60,307 nucleotides of DNA, from the NCBI GenBank assembly GCA_027021705.1, contig JALUTT010000034.1:1-60307 (forward strand), in the 5' to 3' direction. The notes under the pieces were generated by a model, which saw only the letters and a program-made list of their open reading frames with translations, ran no database searches and was not told the origin of the DNA. Below are positions 10,107 to 18,938 of the stretch, one piece after another (position 1 is the first letter of the stretch; each line of letters begins with the position of its first letter). Source of the stretch: Anaerolineae bacterium. Lineage in GTDB: Bacteria; Chloroflexota; Anaerolineae; S140-20. Both the position numbers and the translations under genes were made by a program.

Positions 10107-10198
10107 CCCTCCCGCAGGCCCAGCCCGGACCGATTTCCCTCCCAGAGGGGGTGTTGGGCGGGGGGGCATCACCCCCCGGCGGGGGGCCTGCGGGAGGG
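10107..10198. repeat. REP-like element with CCCTCCCGCAGG/CCTGCGGGAGGG arms
   Basis: Perfect 12-bp inverted arms; the same arms recur at 53174-53270, 55041-55135 and inside the 122-bp MITEs. Confidence 0.75.
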
Positions 10199-10211
10199 GC
10201 TGGCTGAGGGT

Positions 10212-11396
10212 CTAGATCACCCCCAGCGCCTTCCCCACCTTGGCGAAAGCCTCCAGCCCGTAGTCCAGATCGTCCTTGCTGAGCATAGCGGAGACCATCA
10301 CCCGGATGCGGGCCTCGCCCCGAGGGACGGTGGGGTAGCCGATGCTCATGGCGAAGACGCCCTCGTCGAAGAGGCGGCGGGAGAACTCCTTGGCCAGCTT
10401 GGCCTCCCCCAGCATCACCGGCGTGATGGGGGTGACGCTCTGGCCGGTGTCGAAACCCAGCTTCCGCATCTCCCCCTTGAAGTAGCGGGTGTTCTCCCAG
10501 AGCCGGTCCACCAGCTCCGTGGACTCGTCGAGGATCTCCACGGCGGCCAGACAGGCAGCGGTGTCGGCGGCGGTGACGGCGTTGGAGAAGAGGAAGGGAC
10601 GGGCCCGCTGACGCAGCCAGTCCACGATCACCTTCTTGCCGGCGATGACACCCCCCACGACGCCGAAGGCCTTGGAGAAGGTGCCGATCTCCACGTCGAA
10701 CTTGCCGTGGAGCCCGAAGTGGTCCACGATCCCCCGGCCACCCCGGCCCAGCACCCCCTCCCCGTGGGCGTCGTCCACCATCGTCATCACGCCGTACTTC
10801 TGCGCCACCTCGTAGAGCCTGTCCAGGGGCGCGATGTCGCCGTCCATCGAGAAGACACCGTCGGTGACCAGCAGCCCCCGCCGGTAGTTGGGGAGGTGCT
10901 CCCGAATCTTGCGCTCGGCGTCCTCGGGGTCGCAGTGCTCGTAGACGACGATCTTGGCCCGGGAGAGCCGACAGCCGTCAATGATGCTGGCGTGGTTCAG
11001 CCGGTCGGAGAAGATAACGTCCTCCCGGCCCACCAGGGAGGGGATGGCGGCCTGGTTGGCGTTGAAGCCGCTCTGGACGTAGAGAGCGTCCTCCACCCCT
11101 TTGAAGGCGGCCACCTTCTTCTCCAGCTCTACGTGCAGGCTGAGGGTGCCGGCGATGGAGCGGACGGCGGTGGGGCCGGCCCCGAAGCGGTCCAGCGCCG
11201 CCTTGGCCGCCTCTACCAGCCGGGGATGGGTGGCCAGCCCCAGGTAGTTGTTGGTGCACAGGTTCAGCACCCGCTTGCCGTCCACCACCATCCAGGCAGT
11301 AGGCGGGGAGTCAATGGTGCGGATGGTGATGTAGAGGCCCTGCTCCTTGAGGGCCGCGACTTCGTCGTTGATCCAGGCCAGCTTTTCCTCGGTCAT
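10212..11396 (-). CDS. kbl: Glycine C-acetyltransferase (2-amino-3-ketobutyrate CoA ligase)
   Basis: [42 protein letters not shown]; directly downstream of tdh. Confidence 0.9.
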   Translation of the reverse strand: MTEEKLAWINDEVAALKEQGLYITIRTIDSPPTAWMVVDGKRVLNLCTNNYLGLATHPRLVEAAKAALDRFGAGPTAVRSIAGTLSLHVELEKKVAAFKGVEDALYVQSGFNANQAAIPSLVGREDVIFSDRLNHASIIDGCRLSRAKIVVYEHCDPEDAERKIREHLPNYRRGLLVTDGVFSMDGDIAPLDRLYEVAQKYGVMTMVDDAHGEGVLGRGGRGIVDHFGLHGKFDVEIGTFSKAFGVVGGVIAGKKVIVDWLRQRARPFLFSNAVTAADTAACLAAVEILDESTELVDRLWENTRYFKGEMRKLGFDTGQSVTPITPVMLGEAKLAKEFSRRLFDEGVFAMSIGYPTVPRGEARIRVMVSAMLSKDDLDYGLEAFAKVGKALGVI

Positions 11397-11493
11397 AGCG
11401 CACTCCTTTCGCTTCGTGAGGAGAACGGGAATGGGACCAAAACCCGACAGGGTGACCGGCCCCGGTCACCCCTACGGACCCGTTTCGGCGGCG

Positions 11494-12534
11494 TCAGGGG
11501 AACATCACGACCTTGCCGCTCTGCCCCGAGGCCATCGCGGCGAAGGCTTGCTCGAACTCGTCGAGGGCGAAGCGGTGGGTGACGACGGGGCTCAGGTCCA
11601 CTACGCCGGCCTTGAGCAGCCCGCGCATCTGGAACCAGGTCTCCCAGAGCCGCCGTCCGATGATGCCGTGGACGGTGGCCCCCTTGAAGATGACGTGGTT
11701 GTTGAGGTCGAACTCGAAGGGGCCGGGGGAGAGGCCCAGCAGGGCGACTTCGCCGCCGTCCTTCAGGAGGGTGAAGCCTTGGTGGATGGCGGAGGGGGCG
11801 CCCGACATCTCCAGCAGCACATCCACCCCCTCGCCCTCGGTCGCCTCCAGGATGATGCCCACCACATCCTCTTCGGCGGCGTTGATGACCAGGTCGGCGC
11901 CCATCCTGCGGGCCAACGCCAGCCGGTAAGGGCTGATGTCGGTGGCGTAGATGGCGCGGGCGCCGCCGGCCTTCACCACCGGGATGGTCATCAGCCCCAC
12001 GGGGCCACAGCCGGTGATGAGCACCTTGCGGGCCCGCACGTCGGTGGCGAAGGCGGTGTGCACGGCATTGCCGAAGTTCTCCAGCAGCGTGGCGATCTCC
12101 GGCGGCATATCGGGCGGGTTCACCCAGGCGTTCTCGGCCGGGATGACGACGTACTCGGCGAAGGCTCCATCCCGGTCCACGCCGATGATCTGGGTGTTGG
12201 GGCAGAGGTGGCCCTGGCCGGTGCGGCAGTAGGTGCAGACACCGCAGACGACGTGGCTCTCGGCGGAGATGAAGTCGCCCACCTGGACGGTGTGGACTTC
12301 CGAGCCCCGTTCGACCACCTCACCGCAGAACTCGTGTCCAACAATAAGGGGCGGTTTGATCCGCCCCTGAGCCCATGGGTCCCACCGGTAGATGTGCAGG
12401 TCTGTCCCACAGATGGACGTTGCCTTGACTTTCACCAGCACGTCCCGGGGACCGACCTGGGGGATGGGACGTTCGACGAGCTCCAGGCCCGGTGCGGCCT
12501 GGGGTTTGATGATGGCTCGCATCGTCTCAGTCAT
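11494..12534 (-). CDS. tdh: L-threonine 3-dehydrogenase
   Basis: SICGTDLHIY, GHEFCG, ESHVVCGVCTYC, GCGPVG, GRRLWETW. Confidence 0.92.
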   Translation of the reverse strand: MTETMRAIIKPQAAPGLELVERPIPQVGPRDVLVKVKATSICGTDLHIYRWDPWAQGRIKPPLIVGHEFCGEVVERGSEVHTVQVGDFISAESHVVCGVCTYCRTGQGHLCPNTQIIGVDRDGAFAEYVVIPAENAWVNPPDMPPEIATLLENFGNAVHTAFATDVRARKVLITGCGPVGLMTIPVVKAGGARAIYATDISPYRLALARRMGADLVINAAEEDVVGIILEATEGEGVDVLLEMSGAPSAIHQGFTLLKDGGEVALLGLSPGPFEFDLNNHVIFKGATVHGIIGRRLWETWFQMRGLLKAGVVDLSPVVTHRFALDEFEQAFAAMASGQSGKVVMFP

Positions 12535-12686
12535 TGGAGGAACTCCTTGGTTGTTTTGCGTGGAACGATTGGGGAGACGGAGGGCAGGGCACGCTGCGCC
12601 GGCCGGGAGCGCCGGGAGCACCATCCCGGTCGGAGGCCGCGTGCTGGGTCCCTACCCGATCCGGTTGAGCACGGCCTGCCGTGCGC

Positions 12687-12938
12687 CTACGATGTCCAGA
12701 AGGCATTGGGGGATTGCACGACGCGCCAGCATAGGGAGGCCCGGTCCAAGAGGAGTTCGAAGACCCGGTTGCCCGGGGTCATCACCAGGACGTGGCGGCC
12801 GGCCTTGTCGGTCCACTGCCGGCCCACGCCGGTCACCGGCAGGTTCTGCCCCTGCCAGGTCAGACGGTGGGGCCAGACGGTGCCGTCCTCGGCGAAGCGC
12901 ACTTCGACGGTGATAGGTTTTGAAGAACTTTGTTCCAT
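12687..12938 (-). CDS. Small hypothetical protein (DUF6504-like beta protein)
   Basis: P-x-x-LTWQG...GRQW...VFEL...WR pattern. Confidence 0.55.
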   Translation of the reverse strand: MEQSSSKPITVEVRFAEDGTVWPHRLTWQGQNLPVTGVGRQWTDKAGRHVLVMTPGNRVFELLLDRASLCWRVVQSPNAFWTS

Positions 12939-12943
12939 CGTCG

Positions 12944-13040
12944 TCAGAGACTCCCTTCTCGAAGAAGGGCCCGAAATCCGGCTTGTTGGAAATGCCTGTC
13001 AGCCGTCAGTGCGTCAGTCGGGAAACACCTCATCCTTCAT
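12944..13040 (-). pseudogene. Collapsed PIN/VapC toxin gene
   Basis: ATG overlapping the antitoxin end gives MKDEVF. In another frame, immediately after, TDALTADRHFQQAGFRALLRE* is a typical VapC C-terminus. The middle of the gene is missing. Confidence 0.75.
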
Positions 13041-13263
13041 TCCAAGTCTCTCCCCCGTACAGGTATTTGTCCAGATTCTCCGACCAGTCAGGCGGGCCAT
13101 CCAGATTGAGAGAGCGAGCAACTTCAAGGAAAGAGACCTGCTTCTTCTCCGAAGGCGGCAATTCCTCGACGGTAATGCGCACCCGGACGTTGGGTTCAAG
13201 GGCTATAGGCTCGGTAGGATGGAAGACGGTGCCGTCGAACACGGCTTCAATGGTTTTGTTCAC
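13030..13263 (-). CDS. Antitoxin family protein (DUF104/AF2212-like)
   Basis: TIEAVFDGTVFHPTEPIAL...GPPDWSENLDKYLYG; GTG start with AGGAGG RBS. Confidence 0.8.
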   Translation of the reverse strand: MNKTIEAVFDGTVFHPTEPIALEPNVRVRITVEELPPSEKKQVSFLEVARSLNLDGPPDWSENLDKYLYGGETWNEG

Positions 13264-13285
13264 GGTTCCCCTCCTTAACTTCCCA

Positions 13286-13930
13286 CTAGCTCTCCCGCTG
13301 TCCACGGAGAGCGATCCGTTCCCGGTGGATCCAGGCCAGCCGGTCGCCCCACTCCAGGGCGTCCAAGACCTCGTCGGGCCGGCCAGTGCCTCGGTCGCCG
13401 GCCGCCAGCCGCATGCGCAGGGTGGCCCCCTCGGGGGTCACCTCCACCACCTCCAGGCTCTCGATCAGCGGGCGCAGGTCGTAGGCTTTGCCCCGGCGCC
13501 GGCGAGGAATCCGGTCGGCGGCCAGGAGGTCCGCCACCCGCCGACGGACCTGGGCCTCGTCCATCGGCCCCTCGACGGTGACGCGGTAGATGGAGGCGAC
13601 GATCTGGGTGGGGAGGGCCGGCGCCTTGAGGGGAACGGGCTCCACCCGGCGCAGGGAGAGGCCGGCCGGGAGCACCGGGGCCAGCGCCTGGGCCACCGAG
13701 TCGGGCAGCACCGCCGTCTCCAGCCAGAGGTCCAGCATCTCCGCCTCGCCGGTGCAGCCCAGGGGGAGGGCGGAGGCGAACTGCATCCGGGGGCGGGGGT
13801 TGAAGCCGTGGGAGTAGGCCAGGGGCAGGCCGGCCCGCCGGATCGCCCGCTCCCAGGTCCGGGCCATATCCAATTGCCCGATGAACTTCAGCCGCTCATC
13901 GCGGGCAAAAGTGAGGCGCAAGCGATACAT
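13286..13930 (-). CDS. TIGR03936-family radical SAM-associated protein (DUF2344)
   Basis: RAGLPLAYSHGFNPRPRMQFASALPLG. Confidence 0.88.
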   Translation of the reverse strand: MYRLRLTFARDERLKFIGQLDMARTWERAIRRAGLPLAYSHGFNPRPRMQFASALPLGCTGEAEMLDLWLETAVLPDSVAQALAPVLPAGLSLRRVEPVPLKAPALPTQIVASIYRVTVEGPMDEAQVRRRVADLLAADRIPRRRRGKAYDLRPLIESLEVVEVTPEGATLRMRLAAGDRGTGRPDEVLDALEWGDRLAWIHRERIALRGQRES

Positions 13931-14102
13931 GCTCCCTTATCAGATTGAAACCACTCATCCAGCCAAGCGAGGGCCTGTTCCCGTTTCTGGGTAGGGGACA
14001 AAGGGGCCTGGACATAGCGCTCCAGCACGCGATCCCGCAGCAACGCCCCCAAGCTCCCCTGGGCCAGGGCCGCCGGATAGTCGGGCAGTTCGGCCAGGCG
14101 GA

Positions 14103-14756
14103 TCAGGCGGCTATCCCCTCTCCGGCCAACTTCACCGCCCGTAGCACGACGAAAGCGCCTTCTCCGTACCCATCGCGGACCTGGAAGGTCGCCGGATCGT
14201 CGTCGGGGATGCCGAAGAGGGTCTGGCTGAACTGCATCTGGCCGAAGCCGGCCCGCCGGACGTATCCGACGACATCGGAGACCGTGTAGAAGGTCGCCTC
14301 CCGGTAGAATCGGCTGTGCTCCCGACGCCTTTCGTACAGCCGTCCCAGAGGGCTGTCCCGGGCGATCCAACCGATGATCACCGGACCGCCGGGCCTGAGA
14401 ACCCGATGCACGTCCTGGAGCAGCGCGAGAGGGTCGGGCACGAAGCAGATCACCGTGACCAGAAGGGCGTAGTCGAACTGACCCGCCCGGAAGGGCAGGC
14501 GCTCCCCCCGGGCCTGGCAGACGGCGAGCCCTCGCGCCTGGGCCCGCCGCACCATCTGCCGGGCCGGGTCCACGCCGATCCCGATGCCGAAGGGCGTGGC
14601 GAAGCGGCCTGTACCCACCCCGACCTCAATCCCCAGGCCGGGGTGAGGGAGGAACCTGCCCACTGCCCGGATTTCGGCCCGGTAGATGCGCGGGTGCTCA
14701 TCGAACCAGCGATCGTATTCGTCGGCGTAACGTTCAAAGAGGTCGGACTCTCCCAT
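14103..14756 (-). CDS. Class I SAM-dependent methyltransferase
   Basis: EVGVGTGRF, GVDP, GERLPF, DVHRVLRPGG. Confidence 0.88.
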   Translation of the reverse strand: MGESDLFERYADEYDRWFDEHPRIYRAEIRAVGRFLPHPGLGIEVGVGTGRFATPFGIGIGVDPARQMVRRAQARGLAVCQARGERLPFRAGQFDYALLVTVICFVPDPLALLQDVHRVLRPGGPVIIGWIARDSPLGRLYERRREHSRFYREATFYTVSDVVGYVRRAGFGQMQFSQTLFGIPDDDPATFQVRDGYGEGAFVVLRAVKLAGEGIAA

Positions 14757-14825
14757 CCTCGAAGTACGCCCCCCAGCCGGAGGGCGGGCAACCCGCCGGA
14801 GGGAAGCCCCCCGGTCCGCCGGCCG

Positions 14826-16748
14826 TCACCCCACAGGCTCAGGCGACACGGCGAGGCGACGGTGCTCCGGGCGCTCCCTGGGTTGCCTGGGGCGCACCGG
14901 CGGGCACTCCCAAGCCTCGTCGGGCGTCTCCCGGCGCAGGTCGGCGAAGAGGGGCAGGATGCCGCAGGCGAAGCAGTGGTTCCGGCAATCCTCCCGCGTC
15001 TCCCCCGCCAGGCTCATCTCGTAGTCCTGGCGCAGGAATCGCTTGCGCAGGCCGGTGCTGATGTGGTCCCAGGGGAAGACCTCGTCGGCCTCCCGATCCC
15101 GATGGGTGTAGAAGCGAGGGTCGAGCCCCACCTCGGCGAAGGCGGCCATCCAGGCCCGGAAGTTGCGCTGTTCGCGCCAGGCGTCGAACTGGGCTCCCCG
15201 CCGCCAGGCCCCCAGGATGACCCGGCCCAGCCGGCGGTCCCCCCGGGAGAGAAAAGCTTCGATGAAGGTCTCCTCGGGGTCGTTCCAATTGAAGCGGATG
15301 CCCGGCCCCCGCAGCGCCCGGCGGAGCAGCCGCTGCTTCTCCCGCACCCGCTCCAGCGCCTCCAGAGGGACCCACTGGAAGGCGGTGTGGGGCTTGGGCA
15401 CGAAGGTGCTGACACCGACGCTCACTTTCGCCGCCCGCCCGTGGACCTTCCGCCCCCGCGCCAGCACGGCCCGGGCCAGGTCGGCGATGGCCTGCACGTC
15501 CTCCATCTCCTCCGTCGGCAGCCCGATCATAAAGTAGAGCTTGATGGTCCGCCAGCCCCGGCTGTAGACCTGTTCGGCCACCTCCAGCACCTGGTCGGTG
15601 GGGATGTACTTGTTGATGACGCGCCGCACCCGCTCGGTGGCCGCCTCGGGCGCAAAGGTGAACCCGCTCCGCCGCCCGCTCATCAGCATATCGGCCAGTT
15701 CCACCGAGAAGGACTCGATGCGCAGGCTGGGCAGCGAGATGGAGAGGTGTCGCCCCCGGTAGCGCCGGCTGATCTCGGCCACCAACTCTCCCACCCGGGT
15801 GTAGTCGGAACTGGAGAGGGAGAGCAGGCCGATCTCCTCGAAGCCGGTGTTGCGGACGATCGCATCCACCGCCTCCAGCACCTGCTCCAGAGACCGCTCC
15901 CGGACGGGCCGGTTGACGAAGCCGGCGTGGCAGAAGCGGCAGCCCCGCGTGCACCCCCGCTGGATCTCGATGGCCCCCCGGTTGTGCACCACGTCCACGA
16001 AGGGGACGATGAGCCGGGTGGGGGGCGGGGGCAGGAGGGGGACGATCCGCTTCTGGACGGGGAAGGCGGCCTCGGGCACCGTCGGCGTCACCTGGGCCAC
16101 CCGCCCATCCTCGTGGTAGGTGACGTCGTAGAAGCGGGGGACGTAGACGCCCCAGAGGGTGGCCAGACGGCGCAGTTGCTCCTCCCGGGGCAGGTGGCGC
16201 ACCTGGTGGTAGGTGCGGGCGATCTCCAGGATCACCTCTTCCCCCTCGCCGACGACGAAGAGGTCAATGAAGTCGGCCATCGGCTCCGGGTTGAAGGTGG
16301 CGTGACCGCCGGCGATGACCAGGGGCCAGCGCTCGTCCCGCTCCCGGCTCAGGAGGGGGAGGCCGGCCAGGTCCAGCAGCGAGAGGGTGTTGGTATAAAG
16401 CTGCTCGTAGGGGATGCTGATGCCCAGGATGTCAAAGTCGGGGATGGTGTGGCGGGTCTCCAGGCTGTAGAGGGGGATGCCCGCCTCCCGCATCGCGGCC
16501 ATCATATCCACCCAGGGGAGGTAGACCCGCTCGGCCAGCATGTCGGGCTGCTGGTTGACGATGTCGTAGAGGATGGCCAACCCCAGGTTGGACATCCCCA
16601 GGTCGTAGATGTCGGGGAAGGCCAGAGCGATGCGGATGGGGGTGGTCTCCCAATCCTTGACAACGCTGTTCCACTCCCCCCCGGTATAGCGGGCCGGCTT
16701 CTGCACCCGAGGCAATATCCGTTCCAGCACACTCCACTCCACCTGCAT
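14826..16748 (-). CDS. TIGR03960-family B12-binding radical SAM protein
   Basis: VQKPARYTGGE, FPDIYDLGMSNLG, RGCTRGCRFC. Confidence 0.92.
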   Translation of the reverse strand: MQVEWSVLERILPRVQKPARYTGGEWNSVVKDWETTPIRIALAFPDIYDLGMSNLGLAILYDIVNQQPDMLAERVYLPWVDMMAAMREAGIPLYSLETRHTIPDFDILGISIPYEQLYTNTLSLLDLAGLPLLSRERDERWPLVIAGGHATFNPEPMADFIDLFVVGEGEEVILEIARTYHQVRHLPREEQLRRLATLWGVYVPRFYDVTYHEDGRVAQVTPTVPEAAFPVQKRIVPLLPPPPTRLIVPFVDVVHNRGAIEIQRGCTRGCRFCHAGFVNRPVRERSLEQVLEAVDAIVRNTGFEEIGLLSLSSSDYTRVGELVAEISRRYRGRHLSISLPSLRIESFSVELADMLMSGRRSGFTFAPEAATERVRRVINKYIPTDQVLEVAEQVYSRGWRTIKLYFMIGLPTEEMEDVQAIADLARAVLARGRKVHGRAAKVSVGVSTFVPKPHTAFQWVPLEALERVREKQRLLRRALRGPGIRFNWNDPEETFIEAFLSRGDRRLGRVILGAWRRGAQFDAWREQRNFRAWMAAFAEVGLDPRFYTHRDREADEVFPWDHISTGLRKRFLRQDYEMSLAGETREDCRNHCFACGILPLFADLRRETPDEAWECPPVRPRQPRERPEHRRLAVSPEPVG

Positions 16749-16884
16749 CCTCGTCCTCCCCTTTCCTTTCCTTCCCTTGGCTGGTCACCGGCGGTCTGGC
16801 AACCGGCGAGCATTGCATCTCCCTACATCCCCTCCATCGAGCAGTTTGCTTGTCGGCCATCTTGTCCACCCGACGGGCGGACCG

Positions 16885-17280
16885 TCAATCGGAGAGGAGC
16901 TTGACCAACACCCGGCGGCGGCGGGGGCCGTCGAACTCGGCTAGGAAGACCCCCTGCCAGGTACCCAGGAGCAACTTGCCCTCCTCAACGAACAGGGTGA
17001 GGCTGCTGCCCACCAGGCTGGTCTTGATGTGGGCCGGCGAGTTCCCCTCCCGGTGGCGGAAATCGGGGCGCTGGGGCACCAGTTCGTCCAGCACCATACC
17101 GATGTCCTGCCGCACGGTGGGGTCCCAGTTCTCGTTGAGGGTCAAGCCGGCCGTTGTGTGGGGACAGAAGAGGTAACAGAGACCATCCTGGAACCCGTTT
17201 TCCCGGATGATCCGTTGCACTTCGGCCGTGATGTCCTGGAACTCCTGACGACGACGGGTGTTGACCTCGATCTGGACCAT
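16885..17280 (-). CDS. yjbQ: YjbQ/UPF0047 family (secondary thiamine-phosphate synthase)
   Basis: PHTTAGLTLNEN, EGNSPAHIK, LGTWQGVFLAEFDGPR. Confidence 0.9.
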   Translation of the reverse strand: MVQIEVNTRRRQEFQDITAEVQRIIRENGFQDGLCYLFCPHTTAGLTLNENWDPTVRQDIGMVLDELVPQRPDFRHREGNSPAHIKTSLVGSSLTLFVEEGKLLLGTWQGVFLAEFDGPRRRRVLVKLLSD

Positions 17281-17426
17281 GGGGTACCTCTCCCTGAAGG
17301 CTTGTGAAACTGGGTTCCTGGCACGTGAAGACGAGACACTGGGCAGTTCGGACACCTGAGGCGGCGAACAGGGCCCAGCATCTGTGTCTATTGTACTCGA
17401 CAGTGGGCCTCGAGGCAACCTTTTCG

Positions 17427-17548
17427 GTATCTATTCAGCCCACCCTCCCCCAGGTCACCGGTCGAGGGCGCCTTCGGCCCCGATGGGCGATTTGAAGCAC
17501 GGTTTCGCGTCGGAAACGCGCCTAACCTGCGAGAGGGTGAACAGTTAC
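17427..17548 (-). mobile_element. 122-bp MITE-like element, copy 1 (inverted relative to copies 2 and 3)
   Basis: Near-identical to 35852-35972 and 36034-36155; ends GTATCTATTCAG...TGAACAGTTAC; flanks CTTTTCG/CTTTTCA. Confidence 0.8.
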
Positions 17549-17554
17549 CTTTTC

Positions 17555-17589
17555 AGACCTCTGAGGTCTCACCGAGACCTCGGAGGTCC
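17555..17589. repeat. Tandem palindromes AGACCTCNGAGGTC
   Basis: AGACCTCTGAGGTCT-CACCG-AGACCTCGGAGGTCC. Confidence 0.6.
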
Positions 17590-17728
17590 AAAGCACTCGC
17601 GCGGCCAACATCCACCCAGGGATCCGGCCGCGCGAGCGGGTGCTCCTTGTTTCCCTTTGCCGTCTGTGCTATACTCAGGAGCTGGTAGGTGGCTAACAGC
17701 CTGACCCACAGCGGCACGACGCTACAGG

Positions 17729-17802
17729 CGCCCCTGGCGCGACTCGAACGCGCGACCCGGAACTTAGGAGGTTCCTGCTCTGTCCATCTGAGCTACAGGG
17801 GC
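17729..17802 (-). tRNA. tRNA-Arg(CCT)
   Basis: GCCCCTG acceptor stem, TAGCTCAGATGGACAGAGC D-arm, anticodon loop CTCCTAA, GTTCGAGTC T-loop; CCA not encoded. Confidence 0.95.
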
Positions 17803-17812
17803 GGGCTTTGAA

Positions 17813-17841
17813 ATTATAACACGAGCGCTCTTGGCCGGCAA
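17813..17841 (-). promoter_or_regulatory. tRNA promoter
   Basis: TTGCCG-N17-TATAAT just upstream of the tRNA. Confidence 0.65.
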
Positions 17842-17950
17842 GGGCGCTTGCCCCGGGCTCGCGCTAGAGTGGGGATTCCGGTGCGTCGAAGGGAGCCTGG
17901 ATCGAGAGCAACCGCCGCAACCGGCAGGATCGAATATGGATCGAGACCAG

Positions 17951-18937
17951 ATGCCGATTTCTCCACCCTGGCCTGTCATCGGCCACGAGTGGGCCGTTGC
18001 CCTCCTCCGGCAGGCGGTGACGACCGGCCGGCTGGGTCACGCCTACCTCTTCACCGGCCCTAAGGGCGTGGGCAAGGGGACGCTGGCCCAGGCCCTGGCC
18101 CAGGCGGTCCTCTGCACCGGCGACGTGCCCCCTTGCGGCCGCTGCCGGGCCTGCCGTCTGGTCGGGGCCGGCCGCCATCCCGACCTCCACCGGCTGGCCC
18201 CTCAGGATGGCTCGCTCAAGATCGAGCAGGTGCGGGAACTGGAGCGGCAACTGGCCCTGACCCCCGTGGAGGGATCGCGCCACGTAGCCATCCTGGAGGG
18301 GATGGAATGGGCCACGGTAGGGGCAGCCAACGCCCTCCTGAAGACGCTGGAGGAACCTCCCCCTTCCGTCCTCCTGATCCTGCTGGCCGAGGAGGCGGAC
18401 GCCCTGCTGCCGACCATCGTCTCCCGCTGCCAGGTGCTTCCTCTCCGCCCCCTCCCTCGCGCCACCGTGGAGCAGGCCCTACGGGAGCGATGGGGGGTGG
18501 AGCCGGAGCGGGCGGCGCTGTTGGCCCGGCTCTCCGGTGGCCGGCTGGGATGGGCGGTGCGAGCGGTCCAGGACCCCTCTCTCTTGGAATCGCGAGCCAC
18601 CCGGCTGGAAGCGCTGCAGCGGCTGCTGGTCGCCGATCGGGTGGAGCGCTTCGCCTACGCCGAGAAGCTGGCCCGGGACAAGGAGTGCGCCCGGGAGACG
18701 CTGGCCCTCTGGGCCGGCTGGTGGCGGGACCTCTTGATCCTCGTCTCGGGGGCCGAGGCCCCGCTGACCAACGTGGACCACCGGGAGACGCTGCGCCGCT
18801 GGGCTGAGCGCTACGACCTGGTGACGGTCCGCCGCTGCCTGGATGCCCTCCAACAGGCCCTCCACCGGCTCGACCAGAATGCCAACCCGCGCCTGACGCT
18901 GGAGGTGCTGATGCTGGACCTCCCCTCCACCAGATGA
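17951..18937 (+). CDS. holB: DNA polymerase III subunit delta'
   Basis: HAYLFTGPKGVGK, CGRCRAC, HPDL, AANALLKTLEEPP, LLPTIVSRCQ; start uncertain (17936 or 17951). Confidence 0.9.
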   Translation: MPISPPWPVIGHEWAVALLRQAVTTGRLGHAYLFTGPKGVGKGTLAQALAQAVLCTGDVPPCGRCRACRLVGAGRHPDLHRLAPQDGSLKIEQVRELERQLALTPVEGSRHVAILEGMEWATVGAANALLKTLEEPPPSVLLILLAEEADALLPTIVSRCQVLPLRPLPRATVEQALRERWGVEPERAALLARLSGGRLGWAVRAVQDPSLLESRATRLEALQRLLVADRVERFAYAEKLARDKECARETLALWAGWWRDLLILVSGAEAPLTNVDHRETLRRWAERYDLVTVRRCLDALQQALHRLDQNANPRLTLEVLMLDLPSTR

Positions 18938-18938
18938 G

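Noticed and set aside
12540..12690. Possible riboswitch or structured leader upstream of tdh
   Set aside because: GC-rich hairpins are present but match no riboswitch consensus I recognise; they may be degenerate REP sequence. An Rfam/Infernal scan would decide.
17729..17802. tRNA as an integration site for an island or prophage
   Set aside because: No integrase and no duplicated tRNA 3' end seen in the window.
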